Shown here: positions 11,576-24,109 of the stretch, one piece after another
Position numbering within the stretch: position 1 is the stretch's first letter
How the letters are laid out: every line of letters begins with the position of its first letter
DNA from: Octopus bimaculoides
Lineage: Eukaryota
Length of the DNA: 58,437 nucleotides
Direction of reading: 5' to 3'
Assembly (NCBI RefSeq): GCF_001194135.2
Contig: NC_068981.1
Span: 161,912,429-161,970,865, forward strand
The notes under the pieces: model-generated
Databases searched by the model: none
What the model was told of the DNA's origin: nothing
The model's input: only the letters and a program-made list of their open reading frames with translations
Translations under genes and position numbers: made by a program

Positions 11576-11790
11576 TCCCCCACTCATCCCTTGACAACTG
11601 ATACCGGTGTGTTTACATCCCCATAACCCATAACCTAGTGGTTCAGGAAAAGAGACTGATAAAATAAGTACTGAGCTTAAGAAAATAAGTCCTGGGGTGT
11701 TGATTTGGTCAACTAAAATCCTTCAAGGCAAATGCTCCAGCATGGCTGTAGTCAAATGATTGAAACAATTAAAAGAATAAAAGAATAAAG
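11285..11790 (+). mobile_element. Full-length CORE-like SINE with internal (TG)n
   Basis: Same head, core, internal microsatellite and 3' half as 7004-7480; tail aaagaataaaagaataaag. Confidence 0.88.
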
Positions 11791-11822
11791 AAAAAATCTC
11801 ATTCCTGGAATCTACACAGTCA

Positions 11823-12190
11823 TTAAAGGCTCTTAAGATACAGTTTTTCAATAAAACATATCAAACATCCTTTTGACGTGTTATTATAGAGTTCGGTTTC
11901 GGAAAAGATTTTCCACTTGATGTCATAGTTAATCCCTTCATCTTTAAACTTCCAGATTAACGCCAAGCGAGTTGTAGTATGTCTGTTCTCACAGTGTCTA
12001 AAGGTCAGCAGATGGTTGTTGTGTCTGTATTTAAATTTTCCTTCCACTAATCCAGTATAACACTTGACCTCTGTTTGGCCATCATCATAATTAGCTAATA
12101 CCTGTGCTTCATAAACAACGAAGGACATATCACATTCCTGCCCTAGAGGACACCCTTGAGGACATCTATGCCTAACCTGGGTGCACATGT
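11823..12190 (-). mobile_element. Penelope-like element GIY-YIG endonuclease remnant
   Basis: CPLGQEC..VVYEAQV...YTGLVEGKFKYRHNNHLLTFRH...LIWKFKD...IKWKIF...YNNTSKGCLICFIEK matches the PLE endonuclease pattern CPL.G.C / YIG.TE..FK.R..NH..SF / IW.LK / C.LCL.EK. Confidence 0.85.
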
Positions 12191-12549
12191 ACAAATAAAT
12201 CTAAAAGTCTTCAACTAAAAGGGGTAGTAGTATTGAGAGAAGTGGCTGTGTCAGGTGGCGAGAGGTGAAAGTGTGATAGAGGGATAGAAATAAGTGTCAT
12301 ACTGTAGAGGAGCTACATGTCTGCTCCAGATCGAGCAGTGAAAGTTTGATACAATAGACTTGTGGAAAGCATGCCTTCCAGCATATTGTTATGTAACTTT
12401 TGTTTTCAGAGTTCAAATCTGGTTGATATCAATTAGTAAAATTATTAGAGTCGCATATCAATGTAATTGTTAGATTGGACAAAATGTCTTCTGATATTTA
12501 GTTACATCCCTTTACATTCTGATTTCAAATCCTGCCAAAGTCAGTTAAT

Positions 12550-12733
12550 GTTTTTAGTAGTAGTAGCAGTGGTAGCAGCAGCAGCAACAGCATATAGCAG
12601 CAACAGTATTAACAGTTGCAGCAGCAACAACTATAGTAGCAGCAGCTGCAGTAGTAGTAGTAGTAGTAACAGCAGCGGCAGCAGCGGCAGCAGCAGAAGC
12701 AGTAGTAGTAGTAGTAGTTGTAGCAGTAGTAGC

Positions 12734-12779
<46 letters not shown>

Positions 12780-12786
12780 TAGTAGT

Positions 12787-12817
<31 letters not shown>

Positions 12818-13335
12818 ATTTTATGCCATACAATATCACGTACAGTAGTGAAGTATAATGAAATTGTTGGAGCAGTTCCAATATTTTCATGCTCGTGTAA
12901 TGGATGTTAGATTAAGTCATAAAAACCACAACTTTATCCAATATTCCAATATATATCCATATATCACCTGTTTGATTTATTTATTCATCTATTTATTTTT
13001 GCATTATCAAAGTTTGGCACTGTGTAGCATTGCCTGACTGTTTTTTGCAGTAGTGGTAGTAGTGGTGGTAGTAGTAGTAGTAGTAGTTTGTGTATTAGTA
13101 GTAGTAGTTTGTGTATTAGTAGTAGTTGTTGTTGCTGTTTGCGTTGAAGTAGAAGTTGTCAGTTGCTTGTGCAGCAACAGTTTGTGTAGTAGTATTAGTA
13201 GTAATAGCAGTAGTAGTAGTAGTAGTAGTAGTAGCAGCAGTAGTAGTAGTAGGAGGCGGAGGCGGAGGAGGAGGAGTGGTGGTATGGTGGTGGTGGTGGC
13301 AGCGTTAGTAGTAGTCTGTAGTGTAGTTGTTGATT
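12550..13335. repeat. Low-complexity (AGT)n/(AGC)n/(GGT)n trinucleotide region
   Basis: Directly visible in two blocks, ~12550-12820 and ~13050-13335. Confidence 0.95.
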
Positions 13336-14019
13336 TTGTCTGTATTTACCTTGTTGTTGAGTGAACCTTGAGTAAACAAACATAATCAAATATATTCCGG
13401 ATGTGACCTCTCCATCTGTTCAGATACAGTAGATTTCAGACCGTGTTACCAAATATGTCTTCACCCTTTTCTGTAAGATGGTTCGATGTGTGATTTAAGG
13501 AAGTTCTTGACTGTCACTTCTAGCAAGTCAAGCAACCATGTATAAATGTTTCCTTGTCATCTCTCTCAGCTCTTGTTTCTGTTTAGCCCCAGGTCAGCCA
13601 TGGTTAAGCAAGATTTATGATCATATATCACAGGCTATAGGACATAATATCAAAGGTATTCCAGACATAACAGTCATGTATCACATCTTTTTTGATATTT
13701 TAGGGAAGAAATGCTTTGAAGAAATGCTTCTTTTTCCTAAAACGGTAGGGTGCAGTTTGAAGGAGATTTAGCAACTATTTCTAGCAAGTCAAATGACCAC
13801 GTGGAGACCTTCCCTATATGGCTTATTGTTATTCCTCTTAGTTTTATTGTAGTTGTCAATTTTATTGTTCTTCATAGCATTATCAGTGAAATTACTTTTA
13901 ACTCCATTGTAGATGTTTTTTTTTTATGTTCACCACCACCACCACCACCACCACCACTCACACCCACACATACATACACACATACGTACATACGTACATA
14001 CAAACATACATACATACAT

Positions 14020-14160
14020 ACATACATATGCGATGGGTTACAAGGCTTTTTCAGCCTGGAACTAGTAGACGGAACTAGTCCAAGGTAACATGCAGTGGAA
14101 CTGAACCTAAAACCATGTGGTCGGGAAGCAACCTCTTTGACCACACAGCCACACTCGCAC
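14020..14160 (-). mobile_element. CORE-like SINE head fragment
   Basis: Reverse complement of gtggctgtgtggtcaaagaggttgcttcccgaccacatgg...ggttcagttccactgcatg. Confidence 0.75.
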
Positions 14161-14689
14161 ACTTGCATCATGAGGAGTAAAAGAAATTCCAGCTTTTTGA
14201 ACATTAGTCACAATAAAAAAAGGACAGATGTTTGGAGATGATGACAATGATGATGATAATGGTGGTGGTGGTGGTGGTGGTGGTGGTGGTGGTGGTGGTG
14301 GTGGTGGTGGTAGTGGTGGTGATGGTGATGATGATGATGATTAATTCACTGGCAAATTAATTCGCTGTAATTCATTTATTTTTCTATAATCTTTTATGAT
14401 AATAAATTAGTTTTGAACAGCAATCTTAGTTTCAGTCTTCCTCTTTGGCTCCTTTGTTAACCATTGTATTCATTATACACAAAAGTAATTAATGAAGGAA
14501 CATCTTTATGGTCACATGGTCCTCTGGAAATAGCAGTAGCATGCCTCTTGAATTGCAGCATTTTGTCTTAAGGAAGGGCACTTGGTTGGAACACCTTTAA
14601 TCACCATACAAAATGTTTCTATGTGTATGTATATCCCTCTCTCTCTTTCGGAGAGGCACAAGCACATACACAGACATATACACACGTGG

Positions 14690-14835
14690 CAGTAACTTCC
14701 GCCTACCAAATTCAATCACAAGGCTTTGCTTGGCCCGAGGTTAGAGAAGACACTTGCCCAAGGTGCCCCACAATGGGACTGAACCCGAAACCATGTAGCT
14801 GGGAAGCAAGCTTCCTAACCACACAGCCATGCCCA
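14690..14835 (-). mobile_element. CORE-like SINE head fragment
   Basis: Reverse complement of ggcatggctgtgtggttaggaagcttgcttccc...ggcaccttgggcaagtgtcttc. Confidence 0.8.
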
Positions 14836-15369
14836 TATATATACATATATATATATATATATANNNNNNNNNNNNNNNNNNNNNNNNNNNNNNNNNNNNN
14901 NNNNNNNNNNNNNNNNNNNNNNNNNNNNNNNNNNNNNNNNNNNNNNNNNNNNNNNNNNNNNNNNNNNNNNNNNNNNNNNNNNNNNNNNNNNNNNNNNNNN
15001 NNNNNNNNNNNNNNNNNNNNNNNNNNNNNNNNNNNNNNNNNNNNNNNNNNNNNNNNNNNNNNNNNNNNNNNNNNNNNNNNNNNNNNNNNNNNNNNNNNNN
15101 NNNNNNNNNNNNNNNNNNNNNNNNNNNNNNNNNNNNNNNNNNNNNNNNNNNNNNNNNNNNNNNNNNNNNNNNNNNNNNNNNNNNNNNNNNNNNNNNNNNN
15201 NNNNNNNNNNNNNNNNNNNNNNNNNNNNNNNNNNNNNNNNNNNNNNNNNNNNNNNNNNNNNNNNNNNNNNNNNNNNNNNNNNNNNNNNNNNNNNNNNNNN
15301 NNNNNNNNNNNNNNNNNNNNNTATTCATATATAAGAGTGTATAAAGATATATACACAAAGAGAAAACCC

Positions 15370-15960
15370 ATGACAGGACTTCTTACATGCTAAAAAGGAC
15401 AGTTAAACCCAAACCACAAAGAAATAATTCTAAAGGCATGGCCAATAATGGTACTCCTTTTGCTGAACTGCACCGCTAAGTTATGGGGTTGTAAACAAAC
15501 AAACACCTGTTGTCGAGTGGTGGTGTGGGACAAACAAAGACCCCCCCCCCACACACACATATATATCAGGGGCGTATAATATGGGTGTATTAGGTGTGTG
15601 CTGCACACCCACTGAAAATGGCAAATTCATTATAAATCTTAATGGAAAACTTTTGTTATATCTGTGCTTGAAATTTGTTGGCATTGTGTGTGGCAACACA
15701 CCCAATACCACAACCACTATGCCACTCTCTCTCTATATATATATATTATGGGATTCTTTCAGTTTCTATCTACCAGATCCACTCACAAGGCTTTGGTTGC
15801 CCCAAGGCTATTATAGATATAGAATTAGATATATTAGATATTTTACAAATAGAGACAATGTTCACGCTGTAGGACTGAACACAGGTGCCACACTGTGGGA
15901 CTGAACCCAAAACTATGTGGTTGGGAAGCACACTTCTTACGACACAGCCATGCCTGCACT
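15370..15960 (-). mobile_element. CORE-like SINE, minus strand, with expanded middle
   Basis: Head at ~15730-15960, 3' half at ~15370-15550, separated by microsatellite and unrelated sequence. Confidence 0.7.
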
Positions 15961-15979
15961 AATATATGTATACACATTA

Positions 15980-16205
15980 GAGCGGTGGGCTGGCAGAATC
16001 GTTAGCACACCAGGCGAAATGCTAAGCGATATTTTGTCTGCAGTTACGTCCTGAGTTCAAATTCTTCTGAGGTCGACTTTGCCTTTCATCCTTTCGGGAA
16101 TCGATTAGATAAATACCAGTTATACACTGGAGTTGATGTAATCGACTTGATCCCTTTGTCTGTCCTTGTTTGTCCCCTCTATGGTTAGCCCCTGTGGGCA
16201 ATAGA
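15980..16205 (+). mobile_element. Nin/Deu-like SINE
   Basis: ggcagaatcgttagcacaccaggcgaaatgc...gaggtcgactttgcctttcatcctttcgggaatcgattagataaataccag. Confidence 0.82.
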
Positions 16206-16479
16206 GAAATAAATATACATATGCACATATATGAGAGGGTGGAAGTCATATTCCTCTAAATTGTTATTACAAAAAGGTTATATAGAATTATTTTCATGTT
16301 CTTGTGAGTTTTCAGTCACTTTATTGCATTACAGATGTCTATGTAAAAAATTATCAAAATGAGAGACAGAGAAAAATGTGTAAATCTATTTTGCAAAGAT
16401 TACCAAATGTTTGAGCATGCATGCACATGTGTGTGTGTGTGTGTGTGTATGTATGTGTGTATACACATATATTTATATA

Positions 16480-16607
16480 TGTTGGGCTTCTTTCAGTTTC
16501 CATCTAGTGAATCCAGTTGCAAGGCTTTGTTCAGCTCCAGGTTATATAGTAGAACAAACTATGTGGGGTCGGGAAGTACACTTCTTACCACACAGCCATG
16601 TCTACAT
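16480..16607 (-). mobile_element. CORE-like SINE head fragment
   Basis: Reverse complement of gatgtagacatggctgtgtggtaagaagtg...; internally deleted. Confidence 0.7.
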
Positions 16608-16658
16608 CTGATGATGACAACGATGACAATTACTATGATGATGATGATGACGACGACA

Positions 16659-16705
<47 letters not shown>

Positions 16706-17126
16706 AATGACGATAATGATGATGACAATGATGACAATGATGATGATGATGACAATGATGACAATGATGATGATGATGACGACGATAATGATGATTACGG
16801 CGATGATGATGATGATGATGACAATGATGACAATGATGATGATGATGACGACGATAATCATGATTACGGCGATGATGATGATGACAATGATGATGATGAT
16901 GACGATGATGATAACGATGACGACAATGATGATGACAATGATGATGATGAAAATGACGACTATGATGACGACGACGATGATGACGATGATAACGATAATG
17001 ACAATGATGATGATAATGATGATGATGACAATGATGATGATGACGATGATGACAATGATGATGATGTTGATGATGATGATGATGATGATGACGACAATGA
17101 CGATGATGATGATGATGATGATGACA

Positions 17127-17160
<34 letters not shown>
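16608..17160. repeat. Long degenerate (GAT/GAC/AAT)n repeat with 69-bp higher-order duplication
   Basis: About 550 bp of GAT-type triplets; rare tacggc motif recurs at 16796 and 16865. Confidence 0.95.
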
Positions 17161-17474
17161 GTCAATTGCATGAAATCTTTAGATTTGATGAATGAAACCT
17201 GTTTTACCAATATATAGTTCTAACCAATGTTAAACATTTCTAACATAATTATGTATTGAGCACTTTTCGTTATTTTTGCAGGAATAACCAAACAAGCAAA
17301 ATAACATAAACAAAAAGCCTTAGGAGATTTGGTTTAATTTGAAAATCGTTGAATTTGAGCTGCTTCATCTAATTTCTTTCTTTGAAATTCTGGTAGAGAT
17401 GAAAAATTTATGGCTTGAAATCTTCAAACATTGTGTAAGTCAATAATTCTCTGATAGCATCACTGAAGTGTGGC

Positions 17475-17665
<191 letters not shown>

Positions 17666-18409
17666 GTATATTACAAGACCTGAAATAAATTTTAAAATAG
17701 TTAAGCTACAGTTTTTAAAACCTTAAACAGATGTAAGTACAACTTGTTATTCTCTTTGCATGCTATAAAATAAGAAAATGATTGGCTTGGCATGTTTTAT
17801 GGTTTGTTGATTTCTCACTAAAGACAAGTGTTTCCCCCATTCTCAACCATAAGAAGAGAACTTATAGCACTCACTATTTAAAGTAAATATAAACAAGACC
17901 TTGATATAAACAAAACCATAATAATAATAAAAAAAGACTTTAGTGCTTGTGGCTTGCTTAGTAGTTGCAGCTATTAAAATTAAAATAATCATTTCTTCAT
18001 AATATTTGGCAGGATTATAAATTTGAATTTGAAATTTAGGAATTATACAGGAAAACATGCATTGAATTCACATATTTGACTTTACTTTTGTTTCTTTATT
18101 CTGAAAGTCAGTGGTAATCATATAGAGCACGTAATTTAAATAAATAATAAATATTTGCACACAACATAGCATGTATTAGAAAACTTGAGATAAATTCTGA
18201 AGTAGTTAAACCTTTCCAGTGAAACTTCAAACAGAATATTACAGCTAGGTTCTGGTTTATGCTTCAATTAAATAGTGATTGCTACAATTACTCTTAAGAA
18301 TGAATGAAATATGTCAGGGAAATCTTTATTTTTCTGTGTGCAAATAATAATGTTTAAAGTTCCACAGAGAAGGCTTTAAAATCTGCAGTGAACTAATTTA
18401 ACTTTATAC

Positions 18410-18464
18410 ATATATGTATGTATGTGTCTGTGCATATGCATGTATTTGTGTGTATGTATGTGAG

Positions 18465-18498
<34 letters not shown>

Positions 18499-18642
18499 TG
18501 TATGTATGTATGTATGTGTGTGTGTATGTATGTATGTGTGTGTGTATGTATGTATGTATGTATGTATGTATGTATGTATGTGTGTGTGTGTATGTATGTA
18601 TGTGTGTGTATGTATGTGAGTATATATGTATGCATGTATGTA
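18410..18642. repeat. (ATGT)n/(TG)n microsatellite
   Basis: Directly visible. Confidence 0.97.
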
Positions 18643-18725
18643 TAAAGTCATCGAAGTAAAAGAGAACGGTTGATTAGATCAACCCAGTACTCAACCTGGT
18701 ACAACAATTCTGCCATCTTGCTGCC

Positions 18726-18953
18726 TTACTGTTTAGCATTTAAACTGGCCATATCAGGCTAAAATATTCCAGCTGTTTTATTTTCAAACTGGCCAGATGC
18801 GGCCTCTCAAACCAATCCTACAATATTATTCTAAAAATTAACAGTTACCTCATCAAAATCTCAAATCTACAAGATAATACATGATTAATTCAAAACAACA
18901 CAACTAAATTAAACATTACTTTTAACAAAACAATGTGACTGCTAAAGAGTTAA
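18726..18953 (+). mobile_element. Putative piggyBac-like MITE
   Basis: Left end ttactgtttagcatt (degenerate ttaaccctttagcatt), right end tgctaaagagttaa; related left ends at ~41693 (ttaaccctttagtattt) and ~47952 (atccctttagcattt). TTAA|CCC ends are characteristic of piggyBac. Confidence 0.55.
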
Positions 18954-19222
18954 TATCTGCAGATGTATCAGCCACAGTGCCTGTCTAAGCACCATCAACA
19001 GCAACATTCCTAAATGCTTCTTGTAGTGGACATTGGCAACAGGTCCACCTGTTGACCAGTGGAGTTAACCCATTCTGCAAGAAGCCAAAACATATGTGCT
19101 CTGATTTCTAATATAGGCACAATGTCATACATTTTGGAGATAGAAGGACCTTGCCATTTATATTGGTTCAAGTGCTTGATTGGTACTTTGTTTTATTGAT
19201 CACTGTTCCCAACACAACAACA

Positions 19223-19260
<38 letters not shown>

Positions 19261-19365
19261 ACTCTGTCTTTGCTACATTCACTACTTACCTTCATCTACA
19301 AATGTCAAAGAAAAAAAAGATTGTTTCACTGAAAATAAATGGTAAATGTGATGGATGAGTATGCA

Positions 19366-19425
<60 letters not shown>

Positions 19426-19809
19426 GTGAGAGAGAGAAAGAAAGGGAGAGAAAATCCATGTCTTACATGGATATTCAGTCTCAAAACTTCCCTGTTTTCT
19501 TGGGAAGAACTACTTTTATCATATTAGAATTCACTGAATAATAGTTTGCCAAGTTCGTAAAGATTTTTTTCTTCAAATTTTCTGGAACAGCTGTTCACCA
19601 TTCCTGCCATTTTGTGTGTTAAACAATAGCGACTTTAGCAACTTTTCACAAGTCAGTCAACTCAATTGTTAATACACAAAACCTATGATATTTTTCTTAG
19701 CCAAAATTGCTGTGCTTATCTATACTGAACATACAAACACATGAATAGTCTCTCATAGGTTTCTACAATGAGTATTCCAGTTACTCAATCAAATAGAACT
19801 ACATATTAG

Positions 19810-20000
19810 TTTCAAATTTTGGCACAAGACCAGCAATTTCATTGACCTCAGTGCTCAACTTATGCTTAATTTATCGACCCTGATAGGGTGAATGACAAAG
19901 TTGACCTCAGGGGAATATAAATTCAGAAAGTATAGACAGATGAAATGCCACTAAGCATTTTGCCCAGTATGCTAATGATTCTGCCAGTTCACCACCTTAA
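19810..20000 (-). mobile_element. Nin/Deu-like SINE, degenerate
   Basis: Reverse complement of ggcagaatcattagcatactgggcaaaatgcttagtgg...gaggtcaactttgtcattcaccc. Confidence 0.72.
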
Positions 20001-20289
20001 AATGGAATTACATATTGACTGAATTATAATGTAAGTAGCTTGGTACTCCACCTGGCATACCATGGGTTGATGAATTGTACTTATGAGGTGGTGTCAAAAG
20101 GTTCACGGACTAGTTACGCTTAATAAAAAATAACTAGTTCACTTATGTTTTAAGATCATCTCCTTCAAAATAGTCACCTTACACAGTCTGTTTGCACAAG
20201 CTTACAAAAAATTGCTTACAGTATGTGAATAGTTACCTGGGAGAGGTCACATCATCTCTTTATATCTTCATCCCTAACATAAAGAGGTA

Positions 20290-20810
20290 AAGACCCCCTT
20301 CAGTCATGAATGAACACGGGATTGTACCTAGAAAGTTCCCCCCCCCCAAGGCATAAGTCTGGGCAAAGATATATTCAGTGCATTTTAACAACCAATTAGT
20401 GAAAGCTAGAGCAGACAGCAGATAACAGCAGAGAACCTAAAGGGCGGACTAGAGTTATGTCCATAGCACCAAGGGTAAAGGGTAATGACCCTCTTTGGTC
20501 ATGAATGACCATGGGATTACACTTAGGAAGTTACCCTCTGAGGTACAGGAAGATTGCTTATGGAAGACCAACAGTCACCCATGCTTACCAACCTCCCCTC
20601 TCCACACCACCAATGTTATCCAAGGGAAAGGCAAAGGCTGATACAGCTTAGCACCAGTGATGTTGCAATTCATTTCTACAGCTGAGTGAACTGGAGCAAC
20701 GTGAAATAAAGTGACTTGCTCAAGCATACAACACACAGCCTGGTCCAGGAATTGAACTCACTACCTCATGACTGAGACTGACACTCTAACCATTGAGTCA
20801 TGCACCTTCA
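20290..20810 (-). mobile_element. tRNA-headed SINE (same family as ~6.0 kb) with a duplicated 3' segment
   Basis: Reverse complement has tggttagagtg...gagttcaattcc head and gagcaagtcactttatttcacgttgctccagttcactcagctg body; gtcatgaatga..gggatt..ac.tag.aagtt occurs at both ~20300 and ~20500. Confidence 0.65.
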
Positions 20811-21481
20811 CATTCCCAGCATACACAACCCGTATCTGATATAATATATGTCTTACATTATTTAATGACTACGCTACCTTTAAGAAATATATTTTTTTAA
20901 TTAACTAAATGAAAATTCTCTTAGAAAGATGAAAGGAATGTTAAATTTCCATTCGCTTATCAGTTACTTGCAATGAGAAGATGACAAGAAAACCATAGTG
21001 ATGATGCACCATGCTGGTGGCTGATCACCATAGCACAAAACATAATAGCTAAAAATATAAATTTTAGTTCATCTTTAGTAATTCTCTCAACTAAAATATA
21101 AACAACAATATAGCTCCACCAAAAGAAGACAAAATCAGAATATATTACTCATATAGCATAGCTTATTTATATTAAATTGATGGTTTCATACCTTATTTCA
21201 GTATGTCATCACAACACTGTAGTTACATGCACAGAATCATACATTTTCCCCTACAAGACCATTTATTATGTCCTTCAGTAAATGTATGATGAAAAATGCT
21301 TTGCTCTTTCTACAAAATATACTTGTAAAACAAGGCTATGCCCGGTGTGAGAGTGCATCTTATATGTTGTCATATATGGTAATTCTGAGCATTGCTGCTT
21401 CTGTCTAAGTTCCCCAGATTGTCATGTGTTACTGGAAGAATTTAAAGAATGAGATAAAAATGTGACAGACACAGAAGTAAA

Positions 21482-21587
21482 ATATAGATGTTTTCAATCT
21501 AGTTTGGATTCTTTGCCATCAAATTTGAATTCTTTGCAATCAAATTTTGATGGTAAAGAATCCAAACTAGATTGAAAACATCTATAT
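21482..21587. other. Near-perfect 106-nt fold-back palindrome
   Basis: atatagatgttttcaatctagtttggattctttgccatcaaatttga / tcaaattttgatggtaaagaatccaaactagattgaaaacatctatat; about 47-bp arms, one substitution and one 1-nt bulge, 11-nt loop. Confidence 0.95.
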
Positions 21588-21597
21588 ATGCATTAAT

Positions 21598-22430
21598 AAG
21601 TACAGATGTGGCTGTGTGGTAAGAAGTTTGCTTTCCAGTTACATATTTCTAGGTTCAGTCCCACTTTTTGGCACCCTGGATAAGTATCTTCTACTATAGC
21701 CTTGCCCAACCAATGCCTTGTGAGAAGATTTGGTAGACAGAAACTGAAGGAAGCTCACACACACACACATACATGCACACACACACACACACACACACGT
21801 ATGTACGTATGTATGTACATATGTATGTATGTACTTATGTATATATATATATACATATGTGGAGGAACAATGGCCCAGTGGTTAGGGCAGCAGACTTGCA
21901 GTCGTAGGATTGCAGTTGTGAGTGTTTAATGAGCAAAAACACCTAAAGCTCCACGAGGCTCCAGCAGGGGTGGTGGCGAACCCTGCTGTACTCTCTCACC
22001 ACAACTTTCTCTCAATCTTTCTCCCTGTTCCTGTTGTACCTGTAATTCAAAGGGCCCCACTGTGTCACGTTGAATCTCCCCGAGAACTACAATAAGGGTA
22101 CATGTGTCTGTGGAGTGCTCAGCCACTTGCATGTTAATTTCATGAGCAGACTGTTCTGTTGATCAGATCAACTGGAACCCTTGTTGTGTGTGTGTGTGTT
22201 TGTGCGTGCGTGTTTGTGCGTGTGTGTGTGTGCATGAGCATTTGTGTATCTATATGTGTATCTATGTTTGTCTCCTACCACTGCTTGACAACTAGTGTAT
22301 GTCCCTATAACTTAGCAGTTCGGCAATAGTACTGGGGTTGATTTGTTCTAGTAAACTCTTCAAGGCAGTGCTCCAGTATGGCCACAGTCCAGTGACTGGA
22401 GTAAGTAAAAAAAATACAACATACAAAATA
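21598..22430 (+). mobile_element. CORE-like SINE with another SINE nested in its internal microsatellite
   Basis: Head 21598-21755, microsatellite, nested element, microsatellite, 3' half ~22265-22410. Confidence 0.8.
21860..22188 (+). mobile_element. tRNA-derived SINE (same family as 48060-48441), B-box region deleted
   Basis: ggaggaacaatggcccagtggttagggcagcagac...aaacacctaaagctccacgaggctcc...gatcaactggaaccct. Confidence 0.85.
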
Positions 22431-23035
22431 TATATACATATACAGATGCAAATACTTAAGTACACAAACACACACACACACACACAAGTAGAATGGATCT
22501 CATTAGTTTTCACAAAGGAGGATTCCAGTTGTTCAATCAACAGAACTCCTCATAATATTATATTGCAGACACTTGTACCTTTAATAAACTTTCTAGGTAG
22601 ACTCAGTCTACGACAAAGCTGACCCTTTGAATTACGATACAATCCTTCTGAGGGGTTTTCCACAGAGTTTCCGTCTATTGACAAAGTTTATATATCAACC
22701 AAAGATTATTTATTGTAAAAGAAATTTTCAGAAAGGCACCATGCAGTGAAGTGAATTGAACCCAAAACTTCATGATTGAAAAGCAAACATGTTAACCACA
22801 TGACAATATGGCTATTCACACATAGCCATACACACATATACACACACACAAATGCACACACTCACACATGCACAGTCGCAATTCATAAATAAACAGATAA
22901 TAACTACACGAAAGTTAGCTAAATATAGGAGGTGGTCAGTTACAGTACTTTGGGAAGTCAGATAAGATCTGGTTTGTTGATAAAGTAGATATTGTGATTG
23001 ATTAGTTGATGACTGCTTATTGATTCTCTCCTCCC

Positions 23036-23077
<42 letters not shown>

Positions 23078-23168
23078 CCCTACATAAATACAGTATACAC
23101 AGACATGTTAATGTACCTGATATCAGTGTACCTTTAATCATTTACCGTCAATCAAATATTGACTGCAG

Positions 23169-23258
23169 CTCAACAAGAAGCTGGACTGCTTAAACATCTT
23201 CAGCGGGCAAGAACCAACTATGTTTAATGAAGCTGATATTTCTAGTGCGGCGAGGTTG
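23169..23258 (+). CDS. Candidate host exon (90 nt, phase 0-0, LNKKLDCLNIFSGQEPTMFNEADISSAARL)
   Basis: tgcag acceptor, TTG|gtaatg donor, 3n length, one frame fully open, non-repetitive CpG-containing sequence. Weak polypyrimidine tract; no recognised homology. Confidence 0.3.
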
Positions 23259-23318
23259 GTAATGTTAAGTGGAGTATGATGTTCGGTAGATTAATAGGCG
23301 ACAGAGTTGGTAAGAAGT

Positions 23319-23319
<1 letters not shown>

Positions 23320-23375
<56 letters not shown>

Positions 23376-23548
23376 NNNNNNNNNNNNNNNNNNNNNNNNN
23401 NNNNNNNNNNNNNNNNNNNNNNNNNNNNNNNNNNNNNNNNNNNNNNNNNNNNNNNNNNNNNNNNNNNNNNNNNNNNNNNNNNNNNNNNNNNNNNNNNNNN
23501 NNNNNNNNNNNNNNNNNNNNNNNNNNNNNNNNNNNNNNNNNNNNNNNN

Positions 23549-23618
<70 letters not shown>
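23320..23618. repeat. (GA)n microsatellite spanning a gap
   Basis: Directly visible. Confidence 0.95.
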
Positions 23619-24109
23619 GTCACCACTCAGTATACAGTGTCTCCTCGTTTGATAAATATAAAACTGAATGAGAAATTATAGGCCTTCTCCTATTGGGTGC
23701 AATGAATATTTTACTTTGCAATAGGAACGTCTGTCACTTTATCATAAGATAAGATAGAGTAATATTTAGCCTGCAATGATTTGTACACTTAAATATATTG
23801 ATTTCTCACTTTGCAAAAGTGGGTGTGAGGAGATGGCAGTGACATCTTTAGAGTAGACATGTAGACCCGAAGATTATACTTCCATTTGATTTTGAAGGGG
23901 TGGGATATAACCAGATTGGTTTCCTTGTACATGAAGACAACAAGAACAACTATAATAGTAACAAAAGCACCTACAATTTCACCAACAATGATAAAATCTT
24001 GAGTTAATGAGATAGCCTATATGTGCTTTCTCGACCTGTTAGAAACAACAGCCAAATCATCCCACAAATTATACCCTTAATTTTACCCTTTTTAAAAGCT
24101 GTAATGTGT

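Noticed and set aside
12467-13364. Ser-rich and Val-rich ORFs
   Set aside because: Trinucleotide low-complexity sequence; no domain, signal peptide or splice support.
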